Of a DNA stretch of 64,000 bases, positions 10,028 to 18,705 are shown piece by piece. The translations under genes were made by a program, and so were the position numbers. This stretch comes from Candidatus Altimarinota bacterium (lineage in GTDB: Bacteria > Patescibacteriota > Gracilibacteria > CAIRYL01 > GCA-016699755), in contig OY760935.1 in NCBI GenBank assembly GCA_963664295.1, positions 1,088,001-1,152,000 of the forward strand. Direction: 5' to 3'. The notes under the pieces are model-generated. The model did not search any database. It was not told the origin of the DNA and was given only the letters and a program-made list of their open reading frames with translations. Within the stretch, counting starts at the first letter, position 1; each line of letters opens with the position of its first letter.

Positions 10028-10919
10028 AAAAATAATTTGGACTGACCTTGTTAATCCAACAAGAGAAGAGCTTGAAGTGCTACAAAAGCGCTATAGATTT
10101 CACGATCTTGATATTGAAGACACCTTATCTATTCACGAAAGACCAAAAATTGAGGCTCATTCAAAGCATTTATTTTTGATTTTTAAACTTCCTCGCTTTA
10201 ATAAGCGCACTCGACTCATAGAGATCGCAGAATTAAACTTGTTTATGGGTAGTAATTTTGTAATTACTTCACATGAAGGAAAAATTAAGCTTTTAAATCA
10301 AATTTTTGAAGACGCAAAAGGGTCTTTAGTCTCTAGAAAAAGGCTTTTTTCTGAAGGTACTGGTAAGTTTTTGTGGGAACTCCTTAAAACTCTTTTTAGA
10401 GATATTTTTCCAATGGTTGATCGCATGAGCAAAGAGCTTAGAAGAATGGAAAGAGATGTTTTTGAAAGCAAGGTGCTTAGAAATCAATTAAAAGATATTT
10501 TAATTTTTAAAAGAAACTTAATTACCTTACGCAGGATTTTAATACCGCAAAGGGCAGTGATTGAAAGTATTGAAGCTCTTAAAATGCAGTTTTTGCCTGA
10601 CAATTTGGAGATATTTTTTGATGATATTCTTGATAAAATTGAAAAACTAATTGAATCCACAACAAGCTTGCAAGACTTAGTCGATTCTTTGCGTGACACA
10701 AACGAAACTATGCTTACCCATTCTTTGAATAATACCATTCGGGTTTTGACTATTTTTTCAGCAATTTTATTGCCTTTAACCTTTGTTACAGGTTTTTATG
10801 GCATGAACATAGCATTGCCATATCAAGACTACCCCAATATTCATCTTTGGATTATTGGAGGAATGACGCTTTTAAGCGTTTTTATGCTTGTATTTTTTAA
10901 GTGGAGAAAATGGGTTTAA
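10008..10919 (+). CDS. corA: CorA-family Mg2+/Co2+ transporter
   Basis: RPKIE, LPLTFVTGFYGMN (GMN motif), two C-terminal TMs. Confidence 0.92.
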   Translation: MNQVKFKKIIWTDLVNPTREELEVLQKRYRFHDLDIEDTLSIHERPKIEAHSKHLFLIFKLPRFNKRTRLIEIAELNLFMGSNFVITSHEGKIKLLNQIFEDAKGSLVSRKRLFSEGTGKFLWELLKTLFRDIFPMVDRMSKELRRMERDVFESKVLRNQLKDILIFKRNLITLRRILIPQRAVIESIEALKMQFLPDNLEIFFDDILDKIEKLIESTTSLQDLVDSLRDTNETMLTHSLNNTIRVLTIFSAILLPLTFVTGFYGMNIALPYQDYPNIHLWIIGGMTLLSVFMLVFFKWRKWV

Positions 10920-11053
10920 GCCCTATTTAAAGCAATATTTGACAAATAGATTGTTTTATTTTGCCATATTTTTTAGTATGTGCAATCTATAAACATAGAC
11001 ATAAACAGAAAGCTGATATATAATCTGCTGATTTAAAAATAAACACAAAAAAC

Positions 11054-12235
11054 ATGAAAATCAAAAAATTAACCATATTTTTATTGGCTTCAGTACTGGT
11101 TTTGCCAGCTTTGTTTTCTGTTCAACTTGCCCTTGCAGATGGCACGCCAAGAGTTTTTTTAGTTTCAGCGTATTACTCGCCTTTGCCGGATCAAACACAT
11201 TATCTCAGAGGTACTTATGAAGCTGATATTAGGCTAAATGGCAGGGGAACAAACGGAGCAGATGGCACAGCAGTTTATGCAGGCATGATTGCGGCACCAA
11301 AAAATTATGATTTTGGTACTAAAATTGAAATTCCTGGACTTGGTATAGGCACTGTTCATGATCGTGGTGGCGCTATTATTGCTCATCAGGATTATGACCG
11401 TATTGATATTTGGATGGGTCATGGTGATGAGGGTCTTGCGCGCGCTCTTGCTTGGGGTATGCGCACAGTTGAGGGAATTATTTATGACGATTCCAGTATA
11501 GAGGACACATTAGATTTTATGAGTATTAACCCTGCTGATTTTGCTTATATTCCTAAGGCAAAGTCATACACCTCTTTATTGAGAGGTGCAGAAGGCGAAG
11601 AAGTTGCAGAATTACAATCTTCATTAAAAGAGTTAGGTTATTATAATGAAGCAATTACAGGTTATTTTGGAGAATTAACAGAAAAAGCTGTTTTTGATTT
11701 TCAAGTAGCAGAAGGTTTGGTGGGTTCAATGGAATCACCGGGTGCTGGTTGTTATGGTCCCAAAACTCATTCTGCATTAAGTAAAAAAATAGCAAAAATT
11801 ACTCAAGTTGCCACAGAGCAAGCAAAGGTAATTAAAAACCTTTTTCCTGTTGGTATGGGTGAAGGTTTAGAAAGTGATAATGTGCTTAGGCTTCAACTTG
11901 TATTGAAAGATCTTGGCTACTTAAGCGATGAAGCAGATGGCTCTTTTGATAGTGATACAGAAAAAGCTGTTCTAGATTTTCAGCTTTCAAATAATGTAGT
12001 CACATCTAATCAGGACGCAGGAGCAGGCTATTTTGGACCAAAAACACATCAAGCCCTAGTTGACACTTTAGGTGAACGAAAAACAAAAGTAAGTAAATTT
12101 TCACCAGAAATAAAAACAGCTAGCTATACAGGCAGTGGTGAATTAGCTAAAAAAAGCACAATTAGTCAGCCTGCGGAAGTTTATCAACAAGAAACAACAA
12201 CTGCTAATACTGTAAAAATTGCTGTTTTTAATTAA
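11054..12235 (+). CDS. secreted 3D-domain protein with two peptidoglycan-binding domains
   Basis: signal peptide; IAAP..FGTKIEIPG..DRGGAI..RIDIW (3D domain); two LQ..LK.LGY...FQ...G.YGPKT repeats. Confidence 0.85.
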   Translation: MKIKKLTIFLLASVLVLPALFSVQLALADGTPRVFLVSAYYSPLPDQTHYLRGTYEADIRLNGRGTNGADGTAVYAGMIAAPKNYDFGTKIEIPGLGIGTVHDRGGAIIAHQDYDRIDIWMGHGDEGLARALAWGMRTVEGIIYDDSSIEDTLDFMSINPADFAYIPKAKSYTSLLRGAEGEEVAELQSSLKELGYYNEAITGYFGELTEKAVFDFQVAEGLVGSMESPGAGCYGPKTHSALSKKIAKITQVATEQAKVIKNLFPVGMGEGLESDNVLRLQLVLKDLGYLSDEADGSFDSDTEKAVLDFQLSNNVVTSNQDAGAGYFGPKTHQALVDTLGERKTKVSKFSPEIKTASYTGSGELAKKSTISQPAEVYQQETTTANTVKIAVFN

Positions 12236-12274
12236 AGGATTGCGATTTTTGTTTGCTGATGAGAGAATTTTTTT

Positions 12275-13063
12275 ATGAAAATTTCCACAGCATTAAGAGA
12301 GGCAAAAAAAGAGATAAAAGCATTAGACGCAGAAATTTTATTAGCTTTTGTTTTAGATAAAAATAGGGAATATTTATTTTCTCATAGTGAAGAGGTAGTA
12401 GCACATAAAAAACTGCGTTTTTTCTTTCAATATGTAAATCAAAGAAAAAATCATAAACCAATAGCATATATAATAGGAAATAAAGAATTTTTTGGATTTG
12501 AATTTAATGTGAATGAAAATGTGCTTATTCCAAGGCCAGAAACAGAAACAATAGTGCAAATTTTAATAAACAAGGCACCAAAAAATGCCACCTTATTTGA
12601 TATTGGTACTGGTTCAGGTTGTATTGCAATTAGTACTTTAAAAAATTCTTTGGATTATAATCAGGCGATTTGTGTTGATGTTTCTAAAAAAGCCTTGGAA
12701 CTTGCTCAAAAAAACGCAAAAAAACACAAAATTGAACAAAAAATAAATTTTATAGAAAGTGATTTATTAACAAATATTGAGCAAAATTTATTTAAATCAC
12801 CATTAGTTTTTGCTCTTAATTTGCCATACATAAAAGAAAGCGAAAATTTAATGAAAGATGTTATTGATTATGAGCCACATAGTGCTTTGTTTTCAGGAAA
12901 AGACGGACTTGATTTATATCGTAGATTTTTTGAACAAATAAGAAACATAAATTTTGATTTTATTGTTTTGGAATGTGATCCAGAGCAGAAATTTTTCTTT
13001 GATTCATTGCCCTACAAGAAAGAATTTTACGGAGAAAATAGAATAGTAATGATTTTTCCTTGA
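12275..13063 (+). CDS. prmC: release factor glutamine methyltransferase
   Basis: VLIPRPETE, DIGTGSGCIA, NLPY; ends in TGA. Confidence 0.93.
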   Translation: MKISTALREAKKEIKALDAEILLAFVLDKNREYLFSHSEEVVAHKKLRFFFQYVNQRKNHKPIAYIIGNKEFFGFEFNVNENVLIPRPETETIVQILINKAPKNATLFDIGTGSGCIAISTLKNSLDYNQAICVDVSKKALELAQKNAKKHKIEQKINFIESDLLTNIEQNLFKSPLVFALNLPYIKESENLMKDVIDYEPHSALFSGKDGLDLYRRFFEQIRNINFDFIVLECDPEQKFFFDSLPYKKEFYGENRIVMIFP

Positions 13064-13110
13064 CGAAGAGTGAAAAAAATAGGAGAATGTCTTTCGCTTT
13101 TTTATGTTGT

Positions 13111-13587
13111 ATGTTTGCAGTTATAGAAACCGGTGGAAAACAAGTGCGCGTTGAAAAAGGTGCTAAAATTCGCGTTGAAAAATTACCACAAAAAGAAGGA
13201 GAAAATGTTGTCTTTGAGAATGTACTTTTGTTTGCTGATGACAAAAAAGTTAATGTTGGTCAACCTTATGTTGCTGGCATGGCTGTCAAAGGTAAAGTTC
13301 TTGCTCATGGTCGTGATAAAAAAATTGTAGTATTTAAATTTAAATCAAAAAAACGTTATCAAAAAAAGCAAGGTCACAGACAAAGTTATTCAGAAGTTGA
13401 AATTATTGATTTTGGCAGGGCTACAAGTCCTAAAAAAACAATAAAAGACTTAAAAGAACAAGCTGAAAAAACAGCTCCAAAGAAAGCTGTCACTAAAAAA
13501 GCAAGTCCTAAAAAAACTGCTACAAAAACAACAACAGCAAAAAAAGTAACTCCTAAAAAAACAACAGCTAAGAAAAAAGCAGAATAA
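13111..13587 (+). CDS. rplU: 50S ribosomal protein L21 with Lys/Thr/Ala-rich tail
   Basis: MFAVIETGGKQ...KKQGHRQ; start reset to ATG 13111. Confidence 0.95.
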   Translation: MFAVIETGGKQVRVEKGAKIRVEKLPQKEGENVVFENVLLFADDKKVNVGQPYVAGMAVKGKVLAHGRDKKIVVFKFKSKKRYQKKQGHRQSYSEVEIIDFGRATSPKKTIKDLKEQAEKTAPKKAVTKKASPKKTATKTTTAKKVTPKKTTAKKKAE

Positions 13588-13588
13588 T

Positions 13589-13617
13589 TTGCTTTTTTCT
13601 AAAAAATTTGAGATAAT
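13589..13617 (+). promoter_or_regulatory. sigma70-type promoter for the leader/aroA' transcript
   Basis: TTGCTT-17 nt-GATAAT with TG extended -10. Confidence 0.55.
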
Positions 13618-13624
13618 AAATACG

Positions 13625-13681
13625 ATGAACCTACAAAGAAACTATTTTTACGGATATTGGTTTTTTAGCCCACTGGGGTGA
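13625..13681 (+). CDS. attenuator leader peptide MNLQRNYFYGYWFFSPLG
   Basis: 18-codon ORF with 7 aromatic codons in an 8-codon stretch, followed by antiterminator/terminator. Confidence 0.85.
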   Translation: MNLQRNYFYGYWFFSPLG

Positions 13682-13708
13682 GGTTCTTTTATTAGTATTA
13701 AGTAAATA

Positions 13709-13746
13709 ATTCCTCGCTTCCAGATAAACAGGGCGAGGATTTTTTT
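13709..13746 (+). terminator. attenuator terminator
   Basis: TCCTCGC...GCGAGGA stem followed by T7; the 5' arm can alternatively pair with CTGGGGTGAGG (13673-13683). Confidence 0.8.
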
Positions 13747-13772
13747 AATTTTGCAAATTTTTTAAAACTAAA

Positions 13773-14570
13773 ATGCTTGGAAAATCAATACGTATGGAGC
13801 GGATAATAGACCGCAATACAAGAAAAACAATCATTGTGCCCATGGATCATGGGTGTACAGTGGGTCCTATCGAAGGACTTTTGGATTTAGGTTCTAGTGT
13901 AGATAAAGTAGCCATGGGAGGCGCGAATGCCGTTGTTGGGCATGTCGGTCTCCCTCGGTATGGTCATCGTCACCATGGAAAAGATGTAGGCTTAATCCTT
14001 CATCTCTCTGCTTCTACCTGTCTTAATCCTACTGATCCAAACGATAAAGTGCTTGTAAATACTGTTGAGCGTGCAATTAAGATGGGTGCTGACGGTGTTT
14101 CTGTGCATGTAAACATTGGCTCAAAGAATGAAAGTAAACAATTAGAAATTTTAGGCAAAATTGCTGGTGATTGTTTAGAGTGGGGTATGCCTCTTTTGGC
14201 GATGATGTATCCACGTGGAGAAGGCCTGACTGCTGATGAAAAGTCTCCAGAAATGGTTAAAATAGCTGCTCGTGTTGGTGCTGAACTTGGAGCTGATTTA
14301 GTAAAAACTTATTACACAGGTGATCCAGAAACAATGAAAGAGGTTGTGGAAGGTTGTCCTGCACCTGTTGTCATTGCTGGTGGATCAAAATTATCTGATG
14401 AAGAAACATTAAAAATGATCCGCGGGGCAATGGATGCTGGCTGTGCAGGTCTTTCTATGGGTAGAAATGCTTTTCAGCATGAAGATCCTGCAAAATTTGT
14501 TCGTGCTGCTGCTTCTATTGTGCATGATGATAAATCTATTGAGGAAGCACTTGCTATCTTAAAAGGATAA
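13773..14570 (+). CDS. 2-amino-3,7-dideoxy-D-threo-hept-6-ulosonate synthase (AroA', DhnA-family class I aldolase)
   Basis: [37 protein letters not shown]; aromatic leader upstream favours AroA' over FBP aldolase. Confidence 0.85.
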   Translation: MLGKSIRMERIIDRNTRKTIIVPMDHGCTVGPIEGLLDLGSSVDKVAMGGANAVVGHVGLPRYGHRHHGKDVGLILHLSASTCLNPTDPNDKVLVNTVERAIKMGADGVSVHVNIGSKNESKQLEILGKIAGDCLEWGMPLLAMMYPRGEGLTADEKSPEMVKIAARVGAELGADLVKTYYTGDPETMKEVVEGCPAPVVIAGGSKLSDEETLKMIRGAMDAGCAGLSMGRNAFQHEDPAKFVRAAASIVHDDKSIEEALAILKG

Positions 14571-14593
14571 AAATCATTTTTTATGTAAAAAAT

Positions 14594-14624
14594 TAAAACC
14601 AGAGATTAATTTCTCTGGTTTTAA
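14594..14624. terminator. intrinsic terminator
   Basis: AAAACCAGAGA-TTAATT-TCTCTGGTTTT. Confidence 0.7.
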
Positions 14625-14639
14625 AATAATATATATTAT

Positions 14640-14668
14640 TTGACATTTATATTTTTATATTGTATAAT
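14640..14668 (+). promoter_or_regulatory. consensus sigma70 promoter
   Basis: TTGACA-17 nt-TATAAT. Confidence 0.75.
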
Positions 14669-14694
14669 TATTACGATTTTTTAATAAAACAAAA

Positions 14695-16578
14695 ATGAAA
14701 AATAAAATCCTCAAAAAACTGCAACAGCTTTTAAGCTGTACAGTAGCAAGTATTTTGCTTGCAAGCCTTGTTGTCATACCTGGCGCAAGAGCTGATTTAA
14801 CAAACCTGTCTCTTGTAATAGGCAACACTAACCTTGGTGAAGCAACAGGTACATCAACATTTACCTTTACATCTGATGTTGTTGCTAATGCGGGCGATTT
14901 TCAAATGAATCTCGTTGTTTATGGCTTTGCTGGTAACGACATAGATGGTACAGGTGATAATCATCTTTGGGATCATTGTTCAGCAACTGTTGACGGTTCT
15001 GCTGCTACCATTGTTGAAGATGATGGTGATACATATCTAGAATCATATGATGATAATGTTGATATGTATATCACATTAAATACTGCTGTAGCAGCCACTG
15101 ATGAAGTAGTTGTTTCTTGTGACAGCACTGTTATTGACACTAATCCATCAGCATATGGTTCATATGAGGTGGACTTTGCTGTTGAAGACTTAAATGACTC
15201 TGATTTCTCAGCTGGTACTATTTTTTATTCTTTTCCTCCTCCAGCAGGTCAAATTGCTGTTTTATCAGATGGAAGTGGTGTTTATGTAGCAAATGAAACA
15301 AATCCTTATCAAGGTTATGTTTTAACAAACAGCACAACTGTGCCAGCCAATGGTGAAATCGTAATAACTTATCCAGCAGAATTTACAATGGACGATATTG
15401 TTGACGCTAGTGGTTCAATTATGATGGCTGTAGATGATTTTAATAATATGCAAACTATCACAACAGCAGATCTTACAAGTAATGTTCTTAGTATCACTGT
15501 TCCTAATGAAATTACTGCAGGTAGCGCAATTCTTTTAAGTTTTGCCCCAGGTTTGGTTGATAATGCACCAGCTACTGCAGGTGATTATAGTGTTCAATTT
15601 GAAACTCAAAATGCCTCTGCTACAACTTTAGACACAGGATCTTATGATGTAACAGTTGTTGATGCTGATCTTTCAAGAGGTGGCCCTTCTGATAGAATAT
15701 ATAATTTTTATTTTGCACATACAACTACTATTCCTTCTGGTGGTTCAGTTATGATAACTTTCCCAGAAGAATACACAATGGATGATATTGCTGATGCTAG
15801 TTCTGTAGTAGAGTTATCTGCTGGTTGGTCATCTGTATCAATTTCTTCTGCAAATGTCACAGACAAAGTTTTAACCATTGTTGTTGGCGAAGAGGTTGCA
15901 ACAGGTAGTACTCTTCATGTAGCAACATTAACTGATGCTGTTGTTGACGGTCTTCCTTCTACATCTGGTCAATATGGTATTCAAATTATGAGTAAAGATG
16001 ATGAAGGTGAAACTTTAAACACATGGCTTGCTTATGATGATGTAAATAACTCTGTCACCATCACAGCCACAGTTCAAGAAGCTCTAATTATGACTCTTGA
16101 TGACACTAGTGTTAACCTAAATGTTGATCCTTCTGTTAATAACGGTGAAGACTATTCTCAAAAAACACTACTTAACGTTAAAACTAATGCTGCTAATGGT
16201 TATAAAATCCAAGCACAACTTCAAGACTCAGATACTAACGCTACTTTAAAAAACGGTACACACAACATCAACACAGGTAGTGTTTACGATGGTGCATCAT
16301 ACACTCCAAACACATTCAGTTATGTAGCTTATAACGATGATGAAACAAAAGACAAAGCAGGTCTAAAATCAGACATTGAGTCAGCAAATGGAACAGGAAC
16401 ATTCCAAGCTTCATCATCAGATCTATCACTATACAACGGTACAGCAAGTGGTGTAGGTTTTGCATCAAACACAAACTCACAAGATCACACAATCTACTAC
16501 ATTCTATACGTTGACTACCAAACAGTTGCTGGTATCTACTCAGCTAACGTAATCTACACAGCTTTGCCAACATTTTAA
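14695..16578 (+). CDS. secreted acidic beta-rich surface protein with internal repeats
   Basis: signal peptide; repeated TT.P..G...IT.P.E.TMDDI.DAS; C-terminal domain ending AGIYSANVIYTALPTF. Confidence 0.75.
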   Translation: MKNKILKKLQQLLSCTVASILLASLVVIPGARADLTNLSLVIGNTNLGEATGTSTFTFTSDVVANAGDFQMNLVVYGFAGNDIDGTGDNHLWDHCSATVDGSAATIVEDDGDTYLESYDDNVDMYITLNTAVAATDEVVVSCDSTVIDTNPSAYGSYEVDFAVEDLNDSDFSAGTIFYSFPPPAGQIAVLSDGSGVYVANETNPYQGYVLTNSTTVPANGEIVITYPAEFTMDDIVDASGSIMMAVDDFNNMQTITTADLTSNVLSITVPNEITAGSAILLSFAPGLVDNAPATAGDYSVQFETQNASATTLDTGSYDVTVVDADLSRGGPSDRIYNFYFAHTTTIPSGGSVMITFPEEYTMDDIADASSVVELSAGWSSVSISSANVTDKVLTIVVGEEVATGSTLHVATLTDAVVDGLPSTSGQYGIQIMSKDDEGETLNTWLAYDDVNNSVTITATVQEALIMTLDDTSVNLNVDPSVNNGEDYSQKTLLNVKTNAANGYKIQAQLQDSDTNATLKNGTHNINTGSVYDGASYTPNTFSYVAYNDDETKDKAGLKSDIESANGTGTFQASSSDLSLYNGTASGVGFASNTNSQDHTIYYILYVDYQTVAGIYSANVIYTALPTF

Positions 16579-16606
16579 TCCTAAAATAACAATTAGTTTC
16601 TAAATT

Positions 16607-16643
16607 AAAATAGTCCGAACAATCTGTTCGGACTATTTTTTTT
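16607..16643. terminator. bidirectional terminator
   Basis: AAAATAGTCCGAAC-AATCT-GTTCGGACTATTTT between convergent genes. Confidence 0.8.
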
Positions 16644-16659
16644 ACAACTTAGTTAAAAT

Positions 16660-17265
16660 TTATTTTAAAATTTTATCAATAATTCCAAAGTTTAATGCTT
16701 CTTGTGCATCCATAAAATTATCCCTTTCTGTGCCGTCTTTTACGACATCAATAGGCTGACCTGTGCGTTCAGCTATTAAGTTGTTTAACAAGTCTTTGGT
16801 TTTAATAATATGATTTGCAGCAATAGCAATATCAGTTGCTTGACCCTCTGCGCCACCAAGTGGTTGATGGATCATTACCTCAGAATGAGGAAGGGCAAAT
16901 CTTTTACCTTTTGTACCACCAAGAAGAATAATAGCTCCACCGGAAGCAGCCATGCCCACACAAACAGTAGAAACATCACAAGAAATATGTTGCATAGTAT
17001 CATACATAGCTAAAGTAGCAGTGACACTACCACCAGGAGAATTTACATAAAGAGTAATGTCTTTTTTTGGATTTTCTCTTTCAAGAAAAAGCAATTGAGC
17101 AATCACAGTATTAGCAACATTATTATCAATACCTGTGCCTAAAAAAATAATTCTGTCTTTCAAAAGACGTGAATATATATCATAAGCACGTTCACCTTCA
17201 TGACTTTTATCAATAACAGTAGGAATTAAAGTTGCTTTTGGTGGATTTATTTGTTTTTTATTCAT
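16660..17265 (-). CDS. clpP: ATP-dependent Clp protease proteolytic subunit
   Basis: [30 protein letters not shown]. Confidence 0.97.
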   Translation of the reverse strand: MNKKQINPPKATLIPTVIDKSHEGERAYDIYSRLLKDRIIFLGTGIDNNVANTVIAQLLFLERENPKKDITLYVNSPGGSVTATLAMYDTMQHISCDVSTVCVGMAASGGAIILLGGTKGKRFALPHSEVMIHQPLGGAEGQATDIAIAANHIIKTKDLLNNLIAERTGQPIDVVKDGTERDNFMDAQEALNFGIIDKILK

Positions 17266-17324
17266 GTTTAATAAGATAAATCTTTACCTTATTTTATCAT
17301 AATTACTTAATAATAGCGATAATT

Positions 17325-18116
17325 TTACCTAACTCCACAAATTAAGTTTTGACGATTATTTTCAAGAATAACAATTCTGTTTTGTAATAATTCAATATTA
17401 TATGCAAGCCTTTGTTCCACTGCCAATAAATAGCCTAGGTCAGCACGAAAAATAACCGCTTTTTGTCTTTCTTGTTTATATTCTTTAAAAAATATTTCAC
17501 TATTTTCAGCATGCATTTGTTCTAAATATGCGAAAAAATTAGCTTCAACATTTTTTACTTTTTCGTTAGTTATATTGAGTTTTTCTTCTGTTGTGGCTCT
17601 TTGTTGGCTTACTTGATTTAATTCATTTAATCCCTTTTGTTGAAGACTTTTTAAGTAAACAAGATGCTCATCAATAGCAAGACCTCGATCATAATCATGA
17701 TTAAATTGTTGACTTATATCTAAAGAAAGCACATTGGTAATTTCTTTCAAAACAAGTAATGGCTCAAATTCAGGACTGTAAATTGGTTCTTTATAAGCAA
17801 AATTAGTAGAAACAAAAACAGCATTTTGACCTCCTTTTATTTCTGGATTTGTTGGATAGCTAAAACTTTCACCAATAAAAATGCCCAATTCACTACCACG
17901 AATAGGTTTATTTTGAGTTATTTTTCGAGGATTTGATGCTTGATTTGTTAAAAAAATACCCAATTCACTACCTTGAATATTTTCTTGTTCACTATTTTTT
18001 GATTTAATAAAAAAATTAAGCCCAAATAAACCAATAATAGCAATTACACAGAAAATAATGGTAAAAATACCATAAATTTTTGCCAATTTTGCCAATAATG
18101 TACTTTTTGAAGACAA
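17325..18116 (-). CDS. hypothetical single-TM coiled-coil protein
   Basis: N-terminal TM, duplicated GSELGIF motif, helical C-terminus; TTG start. Confidence 0.65.
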   Translation of the reverse strand: MSSKSTLLAKLAKIYGIFTIIFCVIAIIGLFGLNFFIKSKNSEQENIQGSELGIFLTNQASNPRKITQNKPIRGSELGIFIGESFSYPTNPEIKGGQNAVFVSTNFAYKEPIYSPEFEPLLVLKEITNVLSLDISQQFNHDYDRGLAIDEHLVYLKSLQQKGLNELNQVSQQRATTEEKLNITNEKVKNVEANFFAYLEQMHAENSEIFFKEYKQERQKAVIFRADLGYLLAVEQRLAYNIELLQNRIVILENNRQNLICGVR

Positions 18117-18215
18117 AATTTTTTATAAAATGGTTAATACTTTATAATAAAATATATATTTTGTCAATATAAATATACCTTGTTTTTATTTGTTTAAAGT
18201 TGGCACAATTTAAAT

Positions 18216-18704
18216 ATGAAAAAAATTATTGGAATTGATCCAGGACTAGAAACAACAGGCTTTGCAATTATTGAGCTAGATAAGCAAAAAAAACCACATA
18301 TTTTGGACTGTGGCGTGCTTTTGACAGACAAAAAACAAGCTTTTGAAGATCGCTTGCTGGAAATTGCCACAGAAACAGCAGATTTGATTAAAGAATATAA
18401 GCCAAATTTAATGGCTATTGAAAAATTAGTGTTTGTAAAAAATGTAAGCTCGGGAATTTTAGTCTCTCATGCTAGAGGAGTTGTGCTTGCAGAAGGCGCT
18501 AGAGCAGGTGTGCAAATATTAGAATTACAGCCAACAGAAATTAAAATGAGGGTGACTGGATACGGTAGAGCACCAAAAATACAAGTTCAAACCATGGTGC
18601 AAAAGATTTTTAACTTAGCGCAAATACCAAAACCAGATGATGCCGCAGATGCTTTGGCTATTGCTTATTCAGCTATTGGTGATGATGAGATTATGATTGC
18701 TTAA
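18216..18704 (+). CDS. ruvC: Holliday junction resolvase
   Basis: IIGIDPG, AIE, PDDAADALAIA. Confidence 0.96.
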   Translation: MKKIIGIDPGLETTGFAIIELDKQKKPHILDCGVLLTDKKQAFEDRLLEIATETADLIKEYKPNLMAIEKLVFVKNVSSGILVSHARGVVLAEGARAGVQILELQPTEIKMRVTGYGRAPKIQVQTMVQKIFNLAQIPKPDDAADALAIAYSAIGDDEIMIA

Positions 18705-18705
18705 T

